Shown: positions 1 to 11,820 of the stretch, one piece after another
How positions within the stretch are numbered: the stretch's first letter is position 1
How the letters are laid out: every line of letters begins with the position of its first letter
Assembly (NCBI GenBank): GCA_031406795.1
Contig: JANOHV010000107.1
Location: 1 to 45,667, forward strand
Length of the DNA: 45,667 bases
Origin: Candidatus Rokuibacteriota bacterium
GTDB lineage: Bacteria; JAUVQV01; DATDCY01
Reading direction: 5' to 3'
Made by a program: the position numbers and the translations under genes
The notes under the pieces: model-generated
Database searches by the model: none
What the model was told of the DNA's origin: nothing
The model's input: only the letters and a program-made list of their open reading frames with translations

Positions 1-57
1 CGGGGAGAAGAGCAGGATGCCGGCCAGGACGGCCACACCGAACGTCCGGATGTGCAT
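1..57 (-). CDS. 5' end of an exported protein (signal peptide), truncated by the window edge
   Basis: ATG at 57 preceded by AAGGAGG; reads MHIRTFGVAVLAGILLFSP, a basic N-terminus plus hydrophobic core; not in the ORF track. Confidence 0.6.
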   Translation of the reverse strand, partial: MHIRTFGVAVLAGILLFSP

Positions 58-228
58 CGATCGCCTCCTTGTGTGCATTGACGAGACCCGGGCCGGATTC
101 ATAGTAGGACCTCGCGGCCGACAGGTAAAGGTCGATCCGCGCGTGATCGTCGCCGGGATGTCGCGGTGCGCCGGGCTGGGGAGCGCGTCAGGGCCAAGAA
201 ACGCCCCCGTCGGGCCGGGCGGGCGGGT

Positions 229-843
229 TCATCTGCGCTCGTCAGCCCGGAAATCCCACGGCGGCACCGGGTCCTGCGTCGCCCAGAGGCCCCGTCGCGC
301 CGCACGCGCCTCCCGCTCCAGCGCCTCCAGCCCCCGGTCGCTCGAATGCTTGCGATACCACCAGGCACTGCCCGCCGCAACCAGCTCGCGGTTGAGCGAG
401 CGCCCGTCGGCCAGAAAGACCTCCGCCAGGACCCTGCCGTACTTGTCCCGCCCCTTTTCGACGAGGCGGACCGCCTTCCCGAGGACCAGGTCGGACGTGT
501 ACTGTTTCGCCTTCCACCCGAACGCCTGCGCCAGCTCCGGGCAGTCGATGCCGTCCAGACGCACTTCGATGCCGACCCCGTCGCGCTGCACCGCGATGCT
601 GTCACCGTCCCGAACGCGGAGGACCCGGCCCCCGGCTTCGGCCCGCGGGGAGCGGGGCGCCGCCTTTGCGTCCTGCGCTGCCCGGAGCGCAACCGCGCCC
701 GGCGCTGCTCCGACAGTCCCGGTGGGGGGGCGGTCCACACGATTGCGCTCCGGGTCGGCGCAGTCGCAGCCGCGGCCAATGCCGAAGGCAAGCGCGGCGA
801 GCAACAGGAGAGTCATCCAGCGTTTGACGCGCCGCTTGAACAC
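229..843 (-). CDS. Thermonuclease (SNase-like) family protein with N-terminal signal/anchor
   Basis: Motifs VRDGDSI, VRLDGIDCPE, DKYGRVLA, LNRELVAAGSAW, ARRGLW; GTG start with AGGAGG. Confidence 0.9.
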   Translation of the reverse strand: MFKRRVKRWMTLLLLAALAFGIGRGCDCADPERNRVDRPPTGTVGAAPGAVALRAAQDAKAAPRSPRAEAGGRVLRVRDGDSIAVQRDGVGIEVRLDGIDCPELAQAFGWKAKQYTSDLVLGKAVRLVEKGRDKYGRVLAEVFLADGRSLNRELVAAGSAWWYRKHSSDRGLEALEREARAARRGLWATQDPVPPWDFRADERR

Positions 844-864
844 GCGAGACCTCCTGTTTCCCCA

Positions 865-1036
865 GGGCGGGGATCAACCCCGCCCCTACGGCCGGCTTGA
901 GGAACGACGGATGGGAGGGTTGATCCCCTTTCATCCGTATGAAGCGTTGACGCAACAGCCGGCGCGGGAACGCTGTAGGGGAGGGGTTGATCCCCTCCCG
1001 TATTGCCACGGGCGGGAGTACAACCCGCCCCCTCTC
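865..1036. repeat. Cluster of GTAG-type REP-like palindromes
   Basis: GTAGGGGCGGGGTTGATCCCCGCCC (minus, 865-889), GTAGGGGAGGGGTTGATCCCCTCCC (plus, 975-999); degenerate copies at ~913-929 and ~1010-1036. Confidence 0.75.
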
Positions 1037-3895
<2,859 letters not shown>

Positions 3896-4073
3896 CGTCC
3901 CTCCTGTTCCCGTGCGGACTGCGGGGTCCTGTCGCTGCGGACCTCCACCGTGCTCGCTACGCTCCGCCGATGGAGACCTCCCCTCCGCGCCACCCCTCCG
4001 TCCAGGACGTCTTCAAGAGCAGCAACTCCCGATACGGCGAGAATTTTCTGTCGCCTCAATCCCGTTGCCACCT

Positions 4074-4098
4074 GTAGGGGAGGGGTTCATCCCCTCCC
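4074..4098 (+). repeat. GTAG-type REP-like palindrome
   Basis: GTAGGGGAGGGGTTCATCCCCTCCC, one mismatch to the copy at 975-999. Confidence 0.75.
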
Positions 4099-4132
4099 GC
4101 CCGTTCCCGATACATGCAACCTCCCCGATTAT

Positions 4133-5104
4133 TTACCGGTAGTGGCAGCGGTAGGTGTGCCCCGGACTCGCGACGCTGAGGGCGGGATAGATGCGGTCGC
4201 AGCCGTCGCCGCGGATCGGGCAGCGCGGGTGGAACGGGCAGCCCGGCGGCGGGGTGATCGGGCTGGGCACGTCGCCGCCGAGCAGCACGCGCTTGAGCCC
4301 GCGGCGCGCCGGGTCCGGGACCGGCACGGCCGCGAGCAGCGCCTCCGTGTAGGGGTGGCGCGGCCGGGCGTAGAGTTCGGCGGCCGGCGCGGTCTCCGCA
4401 ATCCGGCCGAGATACATCACCGCCACGCTGTCGCTGATGCGCTCGACGAGACTCAGGTCGTGCGAGATGAAGAGGTAGGCGAGGCCGAACTCCTGCTGCA
4501 GATCGAGCATCAGGTTCACGACCTGGGCCTGGATCGAGACGTCGAGCGAGGAGACCGGTTCGTCGGCGACGATGAGCTTGGGCCGCAGCGCCAGGGCCCG
4601 CGCGATCCCGACGCGCTGGCGTTGCCCGCCGGAGAACTCGTGCGGGTAGCGGTAGCGGTCCTCGGCCTTGAGCCCGACGCGTTCGAGCAGTTCGATCACC
4701 GCGCCCTCGAGTCCGCGTCTTGGCACGATCCCGTGCAGCAGCAGCGGCTCGCCGACCGTCGACTGCACGCTCATGCGCGGGTTGAGCGAGGAGTAGGGGT
4801 CCTGGAAGATGATCTGCATCTGGCGGCGGGCGAGGCGCAACTGCTCCTTGCCGAGGGCCAGCAGGTCGGTGCCGTTGAACCGGATCTCCCCCGCCGAGGG
4901 TTCGATCAGCCGCAGGGCGACCCGCCCGGTCGTGGACTTGCCGCAGCCCGTCTCGCCGACGAGGCTCAGCGTCTTGCCCGGCGCGAGGTCGAAGTCGACG
5001 CCGTCGACCGCGTGCACCCAGCCCACGGGGCGCTGCCAGAAGCCGCCGCGGACGGGGAAGTGTTTGACGAGCCCGCGGACGCTGAGCAATGGTTGCTCTT
5101 CCAT
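4133..5104 (-). CDS. Oligopeptide/dipeptide ABC transporter ATP-binding protein (OppF/DppF-like)
   Basis: [25 protein letters not shown] motif, C-terminal GCPFHPRC; start set at MEEQPLL, which overlaps the upstream stop (TGATG). Confidence 0.93.
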   Translation of the reverse strand: MEEQPLLSVRGLVKHFPVRGGFWQRPVGWVHAVDGVDFDLAPGKTLSLVGETGCGKSTTGRVALRLIEPSAGEIRFNGTDLLALGKEQLRLARRQMQIIFQDPYSSLNPRMSVQSTVGEPLLLHGIVPRRGLEGAVIELLERVGLKAEDRYRYPHEFSGGQRQRVGIARALALRPKLIVADEPVSSLDVSIQAQVVNLMLDLQQEFGLAYLFISHDLSLVERISDSVAVMYLGRIAETAPAAELYARPRHPYTEALLAAVPVPDPARRGLKRVLLGGDVPSPITPPPGCPFHPRCPIRGDGCDRIYPALSVASPGHTYRCHYR

Positions 5105-6075
5105 CACGGCGGCACCCAGCATCGCGCCAGGCGCCCCGGGGATTTCTCCTCGAGCACCGGCATCTGCTCTGCGCAGATCTGCTTGCGCCGCGGACAGCGC
5201 GGCTGGAAAGAGCACCCGGGCGGCAGATGCTTGGGGTCCGGGACCGTGCCCGGGATCGCGTCCAGGCGCCGTCCCTCGCCGCGCTTGCCGAGCACCGGAC
5301 GCGAATGCAGCAGCCCGGCGGTGTAGGGGTGCCAGGGCGCCTCGAACAGCGGGCGGCAGGCCGCCTGCTCGACGATCCGGCCGGCGTACATCACCGCCAC
5401 GTCGTCGGCCGACTCGGCGACGACCCCCAGATCGTGCGTGATCAGCAGCAGCGCGGTTCCCATTTCGTCGCGCAGCTGCTCCATCAGGTTCAGGATCTGC
5501 GCCTGGACCGTGACGTCGAGCGCCGTCGTCGGTTCGTCGGCGATCAGCAGCTTCGGCCGGCAGGCGAGCGCGATGGCGATCAGCACCCGCTGGCGCATCC
5601 CGCCGCTCATCTGGTGCGGGTACTCGCGGGCGCGCCGCGCCGGATCGGAAATGCCGACCTTCTCGAGCATGCCGACTGCGCGTTCGAAGGCCTCCTTCTT
5701 CCCGAGCTTCAGGTGGATCCGGTAGACTTCCGCGACCTGATCGCCGGTGGTGAAAACCGGGTTGAGCGAGGTCATCGGCTCCTGGAAGACCATCGACATC
5801 TCCTTGCCGCGCAGGCCGGAGAATTCCTTGTCGGTCAGGGGAACGAGGTCGCGCTGATCGAACCAGATCCGACCCGCGGCGATCCGCCCCGGGGGCGAGG
5901 GGATCAGCCGCATCACGGCCAGCGAGGTCACCGTCTTGCCTGATCCGGACTCGCCGACCAACCCGAGGGTGCGCCCGCGGTCGAGCTTCAGACTCACGTC
6001 GGAAACCGCCGCGAATGTCAGACCCTTGGCGGCAAACTCCACCCGGAGGTCTTCGATTTCGAGCAATTGGCGCAC
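5104..6075 (-). CDS. Oligopeptide/dipeptide ABC transporter ATP-binding protein (OppD/DppD-like)
   Basis: [38 protein letters not shown] motif. Confidence 0.95.
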   Translation of the reverse strand: MRQLLEIEDLRVEFAAKGLTFAAVSDVSLKLDRGRTLGLVGESGSGKTVTSLAVMRLIPSPPGRIAAGRIWFDQRDLVPLTDKEFSGLRGKEMSMVFQEPMTSLNPVFTTGDQVAEVYRIHLKLGKKEAFERAVGMLEKVGISDPARRAREYPHQMSGGMRQRVLIAIALACRPKLLIADEPTTALDVTVQAQILNLMEQLRDEMGTALLLITHDLGVVAESADDVAVMYAGRIVEQAACRPLFEAPWHPYTAGLLHSRPVLGKRGEGRRLDAIPGTVPDPKHLPPGCSFQPRCPRRKQICAEQMPVLEEKSPGRLARCWVPP

Positions 6076-6104
6076 GCGGTCACCCCCCGTGGTTCAAGTC
6101 GGGA

Positions 6105-6113
6105 AGTATAGCA
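6105..6113 (-). promoter_or_regulatory. Extended -10 promoter element for the ABC ATPase genes
   Basis: TGCTATACT on the minus strand about 30 nt upstream of the GTG at 6075. Confidence 0.4.
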
Positions 6114-6121
6114 TGCAATAT

Positions 6122-6150
6122 CCGGCCGACCGGCCGGTCAGAGGCTAGCC
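6122..6150 (-). promoter_or_regulatory. Candidate bacterial SECIS element
   Basis: CCGGCC-GGTC-GGCCGG hairpin whose GGUC loop begins 19 nt after the in-frame UGA at 6151-6153. Confidence 0.55.
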
Positions 6151-6369
6151 TCAGGAAAAGGGGCTCTTGCCGCCCCCGCAGCCGGCCGGCGTCGACGAAA
6201 CCGAGCCGCTGCTGCCGCAGCAGGTCGAAGCGAACGTTGAAAACACCTTCTTTACCGGGCCCTTGCCGCACTTGACGCAGGACAGGACTTCGCTTTCGGC
6301 ACTCTTTCCGGCGCTGTAGCGCTCGAAACTCTCACCGCAGCGATCGCACTTATACTCGTACATCGGCAT
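6145..6369 (-). CDS. FmdB-family zinc-ribbon protein; candidate selenoprotein (ends at 6151 if UGA is a stop, at 6145 if read as Sec: ...SPFS-U-G)
   Basis: MPMYEYKCDRCG...CVKCG zinc ribbon; Gly/Ser/Cys tail; TGA GGC TAG followed by a SECIS-like hairpin. Confidence 0.85.
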
Positions 6370-6533
6370 GGTCATCCCCCTTTTTTCTCTGAACCGCCCC
6401 GGTGGTCAGATAAAGTATAGCCTTTTTTGCCATTCGCATTATATTATCGATGCACGAGCGGCATAATAGTTGCTTGATCGTGCGTTGGCGTTTGGTTTCA
6501 GAGGAAGCAGGCGGGGCGGGGTTGCGTTGAGAG

Positions 6534-7352
6534 ATGCCGGAACTTCCTGAAGTAGAGACCATGGTAGTCGGTCTGCGCGAGAGCGTTCTCGGGCAGCGCG
6601 TCGAACGGGTCAGATTATTCTGTGATCGGCTCAAGGGCCGCAAGACCGAGTCCGCGTTGCGTAAGGTGCGCGGCGGGCGCGTGATCGGCCTCAGCCGCAA
6701 GGGCAAGTTCCTGCTCTTCCACCTCTCGAACGGATTCATGCTGGTCTTTCACCTGCGCATGACCGGGAAACTGCTGCTCGTCCCGAGCGACGACCCGCCC
6801 ACCAAGCGGGATCGGCTGCGTCTCGATTTCTCCGACTGGGACTGGGCGCTCGCCTTCGAGGATTCGCGGCGATTCGGCTCGCTCGATGTACTCCTCGGGT
6901 GGGAGTCCGGCACCGGCCTGCTCAAGGAACTCGGGCCGGACGCGCTGGTCATCGACCTGGTCGATTTCAGGGAGCTGCTCTTCGAGAGCCGCCGCCCGAT
7001 CAAGGCCCTGCTGCTCGACCAGCGGGTGATCGCCGGGCTCGGCAACATCTACGTCGACGAATCCCTCCACCGCGCGGGCATCCACCCCTTGACGCCGGCT
7101 GCGGAAATCAGCGCCTCCGACGCGCGACGCCTGCATGCGACGATGCGCAAGGTCCTGCGCAAGGCCATCGACTGCCACGGCTCCTCCGTCTCGGACTACC
7201 GGGACAGCAACAACCGGCCCGGCTCCTACCAGAAGTTCCACCTCGTCTACCAGCGCTGCGGCGAGCCCTGCACCACCTGCGGCGAGTCCATCGAACACAT
7301 CCGGGTCGGCGGACGCGGCACCCACATCTGCCCCGGATGTCAGAAACTCTAG
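6534..7352 (+). CDS. mutM: Formamidopyrimidine-DNA glycosylase
   Basis: N-terminal PELPEV, RKGKFL, HLRMTG, H2TH motif GLGNIYVDESL, C-terminal CxxC-CxxC zinc finger. Confidence 0.97.
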   Translation: MPELPEVETMVVGLRESVLGQRVERVRLFCDRLKGRKTESALRKVRGGRVIGLSRKGKFLLFHLSNGFMLVFHLRMTGKLLLVPSDDPPTKRDRLRLDFSDWDWALAFEDSRRFGSLDVLLGWESGTGLLKELGPDALVIDLVDFRELLFESRRPIKALLLDQRVIAGLGNIYVDESLHRAGIHPLTPAAEISASDARRLHATMRKVLRKAIDCHGSSVSDYRDSNNRPGSYQKFHLVYQRCGEPCTTCGESIEHIRVGGRGTHICPGCQKL

Positions 7353-7559
7353 CCCAAATCCGCGCGTAACGCGCGGATCAGGAGAGTCAGCCTTGTCACC
7401 TGGTCCGGTTTATCCCGGTCGTTGCCCATATCTGATCGCAATGCATGCTTCAAGCGAAACTTGACCTCTGCCACCCGTGCTTCCTGCAAGAAATCGTGCT
7501 TTTTCAGCGGTTGAAATGCCTTCTCTGCTGCTGGATCCGCGCGTACGCGCGGATCTGGG
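7353..7559. repeat. ~205-bp non-coding element bounded by inverted palindromes; homologous to 34292-34446
   Basis: ATCCGCGCGTAACGCGCGGAT at 7358-7378 and GATCCGCGCGTACGCGCGGATC at 7534-7555; the interior is colinear with the copy at 34.3 kb. Confidence 0.75.
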
Positions 7560-7573
7560 TCTCGGGCCCGTTC

Positions 7574-7603
7574 TTGACAGGATCCGGCGGTCTTGTGTAC
7601 AGT
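7574..7603 (+). promoter_or_regulatory. Sigma70-type promoter for ferredoxin-iscU
   Basis: TTGACA-18 nt-TACAGT with TG dinucleotides just upstream of the -10. Confidence 0.55.
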
Positions 7604-7632
7604 CCCGCCGTTCCCCAATCGAGGAGGAGGCC

Positions 7633-7803
7633 GTGAGCCATCGGATCAGCGAGGAGTGCATCGTCTGCGGCGCCTGCGTTGCTGAGTGCCTGGAGCAGGC
7701 CATCAGTGAAGGGGCGGACATCTTCAGTGTCGACCCGGAAAAATGCAGCGACTGCGGGACCTGCGCCGAGGTCTGTCCCGTCGGCGCCTGCCTGCCCGGG
7801 TAG
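7633..7803 (+). CDS. Clostridial-type 2[4Fe-4S] ferredoxin, 56 aa
   Basis: CIVCGACVAEC and CSDCGTCAEVCP; GTG start after GAGGAGG (the ORF-track start at 7477 is too far upstream). Confidence 0.92.
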   Translation: MSHRISEECIVCGACVAECLEQAISEGADIFSVDPEKCSDCGTCAEVCPVGACLPG

Positions 7804-7882
7804 CTTCCGCATTGCACGGCGCCGCCACGCCGGCCGCGGCGCTTTCTGTTAGACTGACAACATTCAGATAGAGGAGACCGCA

Positions 7883-8308
7883 ATGGCGATTTACACTGAA
7901 AAAGTGATGGAGCATTTCCAGAACCCGAGGAACGTCGGCGAGATCGCCGATGCGTCCGGTGTCGGGACGGTCGGCAACGCCGCGTGCGGCGACATCATGA
8001 AGATCTACATTAAGGTCGAGGACAACAAGATCGTGGACGCCAAGTTCAAGACCTTCGGGTGCGGCGCCGCGATTGCGACCAGTTCGATGTGCACCGAAAT
8101 GGTCAAGGGCAAGACGATCGAGGAAGCGCTGGCGATCACGCGCGAGCAAGTGGCGGAGGAGCTCGGCGGCCTGCCCCCGGTGAAGATGCACTGCTCCAAC
8201 CTCGCGGCCGATGCGCTGCACGCCGCGATCAACGAGTATCAGTGCAAGCAGAAGGGCGACCAGACGGGCTGCCAACAGCCGGTGATCGAAGCGCCGAAGC
8301 CGGCCTGA
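7883..8308 (+). CDS. iscU: Fe-S cluster scaffold protein, IscU/NifU N-terminal type
   Basis: YTEKVMEHFQNPRNVG, ACGD, FKTFGCGAAIA, LPPVKMHCSNLA. Confidence 0.93.
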   Translation: MAIYTEKVMEHFQNPRNVGEIADASGVGTVGNAACGDIMKIYIKVEDNKIVDAKFKTFGCGAAIATSSMCTEMVKGKTIEEALAITREQVAEELGGLPPVKMHCSNLAADALHAAINEYQCKQKGDQTGCQQPVIEAPKPA

Positions 8309-8333
8309 TCACCCCGGGCGATGCGGGGCGCTG

Positions 8334-9161
8334 TCAACGACAGCGCTCCGCGCACTCCCGGTCGCTGTAGGGCTTCACGGCCTGAAGTTTCCACCCTTCC
8401 CCCGCGACCATTTTCTCCAGCAGTTCGACCCGCTTCTCGGAGGCGGGGTGAGTCGAAAACCAGGCGCTCGCCTCGCTCTGGTGGGCTTCCGCATCCATCG
8501 TCCTGAAGAAATCGACGACCCCGCCGGCATGTCCGTACAGTTCGTTCACCAGACGCGCGCCGACGCGGTCGGCGGCCTCCTCCTGCGCCCGGCTGAACCG
8601 GAACGAGGTGATCCCGACGAGGTTCTGCAAAGAGGCGGGCAGCCCCTGCTGGTTCCCGAACAGCGACGTCGTCAGCGCCATGATGACCAGCGTGCGTCCC
8701 AGACCCTTGAGATGGTCCCGCGCCGCGAAGTGCCCGATCTCGTGTCCCAGGACCATCGCCAGTTCGTTCTCGCTGCGCATGCGGGAGATCAGGCCGGAGA
8801 ACACCAGCACCGTCCCCCCGGGCAGCGCCACCGCGTTGACCTCGGCCGAACAGGCGATCTTCGCGCGCAGCGGACCCTTGACCGCCGGCAGCAGGCGCGC
8901 GAGCCGGTCGAGCAGTTCCTGCACCTCCCGCTCGTCGGGCGTCTGTCGGCTGGCATCGACCGGGATGCTGATCATGGCGGCCAGCCGGCCCTCCGCTTCG
9001 GGGGAGAGCCGATCGACGAGCCGGTCGGCAGCCCACCCGAGCGCGAAAAAGACTCCCACGACCAGCACGAACAGGCCGCCCGCGAGAGCCAGGGCCTCCG
9101 CCAGATGGTTGGTCGGCGGGTTGTTGATCCCCTCCGGCGCCTCGCGGTACGTGTACTTCAA
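8334..9161 (-). CDS. M48 family zinc metallopeptidase with N-terminal TM segment
   Basis: NAVALPGG, HEIGH zinc motif, QEEAAD, STHP; TTG start overlaps the upstream TGA (TTGA). Confidence 0.88.
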   Translation of the reverse strand: MKYTYREAPEGINNPPTNHLAEALALAGGLFVLVVGVFFALGWAADRLVDRLSPEAEGRLAAMISIPVDASRQTPDEREVQELLDRLARLLPAVKGPLRAKIACSAEVNAVALPGGTVLVFSGLISRMRSENELAMVLGHEIGHFAARDHLKGLGRTLVIMALTTSLFGNQQGLPASLQNLVGITSFRFSRAQEEAADRVGARLVNELYGHAGGVVDFFRTMDAEAHQSEASAWFSTHPASEKRVELLEKMVAGEGWKLQAVKPYSDRECAERCR

Positions 9162-9610
9162 CGGATCTTCAGAGCCGTCCCCGAAGCGAGAACCTCCACG
9201 CAGGCGATGCTCTGGTTGTTCCCTTTCGCGCCGCTGATCGAGGAGGTTTCGATCCGGACGTTGATGACCATCGTGGCCCCGAGCTTCCGCGCCTCCTCCT
9301 TCATGCGCAGCACCGCCTCGCGGCGGGCCCGGTCCAGCAGGGTCTCGTAGGCGCTGACCCGGCCGCCGAACAGGTTTCTCAAAGACGCCGCGACCCGCTT
9401 GAAGTAGTCCACGGAGACCGCCGTGCTCCCGGTGACCAGGGAGGCCGCGACGACGTTCCAGGCGGGATCGATCGCCTTGTTGCAGTTGATCTCCATCCGC
9501 CGCGAGGCCCGCTCGCGGTTGCGGATCGACTTGTAGTGACTGGCCTCGTTGGCCCGGCCGAAGACGTAGCCCAGAAGGATCAGGCTCAGGAAGACGATCA
9601 GATCGAACAT
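9158..9610 (-). CDS. YbjQ/UPF0145 family protein with N-terminal TM helix
   Basis: RNLFGGRVSAYETLLDRARREAVLRMKEEARKLGATMVINVRIE...EVLASGTA. Confidence 0.85.
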   Translation of the reverse strand: MFDLIVFLSLILLGYVFGRANEASHYKSIRNRERASRRMEINCNKAIDPAWNVVAASLVTGSTAVSVDYFKRVAASLRNLFGGRVSAYETLLDRARREAVLRMKEEARKLGATMVINVRIETSSISGAKGNNQSIACVEVLASGTALKIR

Positions 9611-9613
9611 CGG

Positions 9614-9928
9614 CTACTCCAGGCGAACGGCCGTGCCGTAGGCGTAGAGTTCGGCGGCGCCCGCGGCCACCGACGAGGTCGAGAAGCGGACGTTGACCAC
9701 GGCGTTGGCGCCCAACCCCTTGGCCATGGCGACCATCCGGCTCACCGCTTCCCTGCGCGACTCCTCGAGCAGTTCGGTGTACCCCTTCAATTCGCCGCCG
9801 ACGATGTTCTTCAGGCCGGCCATGAAATCCCGGCCGAAATGCTTGGACCGCACCGTGCTCCCCGACACCAGGCCGAAGTGCTCGACGATCTGCTTCCCCG
9901 GGACGTTCTCCACATTCGTCAGGATCAT
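9614..9928 (-). CDS. YbjQ/UPF0145 family protein
   Basis: MILTNVENVPG, GLKNIVGGELKGYTELL, GANAVVNVRF, ELYAYGTAV. Confidence 0.92.
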   Translation of the reverse strand: MILTNVENVPGKQIVEHFGLVSGSTVRSKHFGRDFMAGLKNIVGGELKGYTELLEESRREAVSRMVAMAKGLGANAVVNVRFSTSSVAAGAAELYAYGTAVRLE

Positions 9929-10017
9929 CCGAACCCCCTTTTGTAGACCCGAAACCCCAATGCCGCATCTTTCGCCGCGGAAAAGGGGAAGTCAAGGCAA
10001 CAGCAACCGGGCCTTCT

Positions 10018-11421
10018 TCAGCGACCGGACTGCCGGCGCAGACGCAGCAGCGTCCGGAACATCGGCTCCGCGAGCCCCTGCTCGCGGCAGATCCGCGCGG
10101 CCTCCTGCAGCATCGCGGGCGGCGGCGTCGATTCGGAGGACCTGACGCAGTTCGGCCGCGTCGCGATCTCGCGGCTGACGATCTCCAGCAGCCGCTCCCG
10201 GCCGAGTTCCGGGGAGACATAGAAGCGCCGCAGCAGCAGCGATTCCCCCGCCTCCACGAAGCCCTCCTCGAGGGCCGTTTCGTGCAGACCGGTGTGCGGG
10301 TAGATGCGCAGCCCCTCGCTGATGTGGACCATGTCCTCGGGGTCCACGAAGCGGTCGACGAACGCGAAAGTCTCGGCGATCGTCTGCTCGGTCTCTCCCG
10401 GACCGCCGAGCAGGAAGAACCACATCGTCGGCATCTTCGCCTCGCGCACGATCGTCGCGGTGCGCTCCAGTTCGGCGAGCGTGAAGTTCTTGCGCAGACG
10501 CCGGAGCATCGCCGGCGAGGCGGAATCGGGGGTCGAGTCGATCTGCGCGAAGCCGGCGGCGGCCATCAGGTCGATCAACTCGCGCGTCACCTGCGCCGGG
10601 TTCACGCCCATGGTGCGCAGGCGGACCTGCAGGCCGCGCTGCGCGATCTCCCAGCAGATGCTCTCGGCGTGCCCCGGCGGGTCGTTGAAGACGGAGTCGA
10701 CGAACTCGAACGCGACATCGCCGAGGCGCTCGCGCACCTGCTGGATCTCGTCGACGACGATTTCGGCGGGGCGGCAGCGGAAGTTCCGCCCCTCGACCTG
10801 CGGATAGGAGCAGTAGAGGCAGCCGCGGGCGCACCCGCGCTTGGTCTGGATCGGGTAGGCGCCGCGCTCGCGGTAGGGCGCGTAGTCGATCCGCTTGTCG
10901 ATCTCGGGGAACGGGAGCAGATCGAGCAGCACCGGCCGCGCGGCGCGCAACGGGGCCGGGCCGCCGGGGGCGACGACGCCGGGAACCGCGAGCGGATCAA
11001 AACCGCGCTCGAGCGCTTCGAGCAGCGCGGGGAATGCGGCCTCCCCCTCGCCGACCACGCCGTAGTCGGCCTCGCACTCCTCGAGCCACTCCTGCGGAAA
11101 GATCGAGAAGCCGCTGCCGCCGAGGATCAGCGGCGCCTGCGTCAGCCGGCGCAGCGGGCGCGCGAAGCGCTCGCGCACGTCGTTGACGAAGGAGACCCCC
11201 GCTTCCATGACGATGTCGTCGATGTTACGAATGCCGAGGCCGACGTAGTCCGGGGCGAACTCCGCCACCACCGCGGCGAGACCCGCCCCTTCGGCGAGCG
11301 GGTCGTGGATGCGCACCTGCCAGCCGGGCTCGAGCGCCGCCGCGACGAGACAGAGGCCGATCGGACTGACGGGATAGGGCACGCGCAGGGAGTTGGAGCC
11401 GACGAGCAGGACCTTTTTCAC
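10018..11421 (-). CDS. B12-binding domain radical SAM protein (lipid-biosynthesis type)
   Basis: N-terminal cobalamin-binding region (PYPVSPIGL, GIRNIDD, LGGSGFS, GEGE); QTKRGCARGCLYC CxxxCxxC; GGPGET. Confidence 0.92.
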   Translation of the reverse strand: MKKVLLVGSNSLRVPYPVSPIGLCLVAAALEPGWQVRIHDPLAEGAGLAAVVAEFAPDYVGLGIRNIDDIVMEAGVSFVNDVRERFARPLRRLTQAPLILGGSGFSIFPQEWLEECEADYGVVGEGEAAFPALLEALERGFDPLAVPGVVAPGGPAPLRAARPVLLDLLPFPEIDKRIDYAPYRERGAYPIQTKRGCARGCLYCSYPQVEGRNFRCRPAEIVVDEIQQVRERLGDVAFEFVDSVFNDPPGHAESICWEIAQRGLQVRLRTMGVNPAQVTRELIDLMAAAGFAQIDSTPDSASPAMLRRLRKNFTLAELERTATIVREAKMPTMWFFLLGGPGETEQTIAETFAFVDRFVDPEDMVHISEGLRIYPHTGLHETALEEGFVEAGESLLLRRFYVSPELGRERLLEIVSREIATRPNCVRSSESTPPPAMLQEAARICREQGLAEPMFRTLLRLRRQSGR

Positions 11422-11693
11422 TGATCCGTGCGGTTGGCCCGGACGAACTCGGCGATGCGGTCGACGCTCTGCAGAACGTCCCGCGCGAGGTTCTGGTCGT
11501 CGATCTTCGCACCGTAGGTCTTCTGGAGCGCCACGAACAGCTCCACGGCGTCGAGCGAGTCCAGATCGAGCTTCGGGTTGCCGAAGATCGGCGCGCCGTC
11601 CTCGATGTCGTCGGGGGTGACGTCGGCGATCCTCAGCGCGTCGATGATCAGTTGCTTGATTTCGCGGTTGAGTTTTTTCGCGTCGTTGTCCAT
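11418..11693 (-). CDS. Acyl carrier protein
   Basis: LDLDSLDAVEL phosphopantetheine site; acidic ~91 aa; GTGA overlap with the radical SAM gene. Confidence 0.92.
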   Translation of the reverse strand: MDNDAKKLNREIKQLIIDALRIADVTPDDIEDGAPIFGNPKLDLDSLDAVELFVALQKTYGAKIDDQNLARDVLQSVDRIAEFVRANRTDQ

Positions 11694-11711
11694 GGTCGCG
11701 CCCTTCACCAT

Positions 11712-11760
11712 GCAGGCCGCTGAAAAAGGCCCATCTGCTGGACCTTTTTGATCAGCCTGC
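11712..11760. repeat. Short inverted-repeat element (MITE/IS-end-like remnant)
   Basis: GCAGGCCGCTGAAAAAGG...CCTTTTTGATCAGCCTGC imperfect inverted repeat in the BtrH-ACP spacer. Confidence 0.5.
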
Positions 11761-11820
11761 CCGTTTCGAGTTGCTCAATACCCTGTGATCGTATCCTGGC
11801 AAAGTGTACCAATTCCAACG

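Noticed and set aside
865-1036. Possible CRISPR array
   Set aside because: Repeats are in mixed orientation, irregularly spaced and degenerate, with no cas genes; they fit REPs
3896-4132. LexA/SOS box upstream of uvrA
   Set aside because: No LexA consensus that I could recognise
7819-7850. Hairpin GCGCCGC...GCGGCGC plus TTTCT between ferredoxin and iscU
   Set aside because: Long loop and weak U-tract; not distinguishable from chance in GC-rich DNA
8334-10220. 628-aa ORF
   Set aside because: The real M48 peptidase starts at TTG 9161; the extension overlaps the YbjQ genes out of frame
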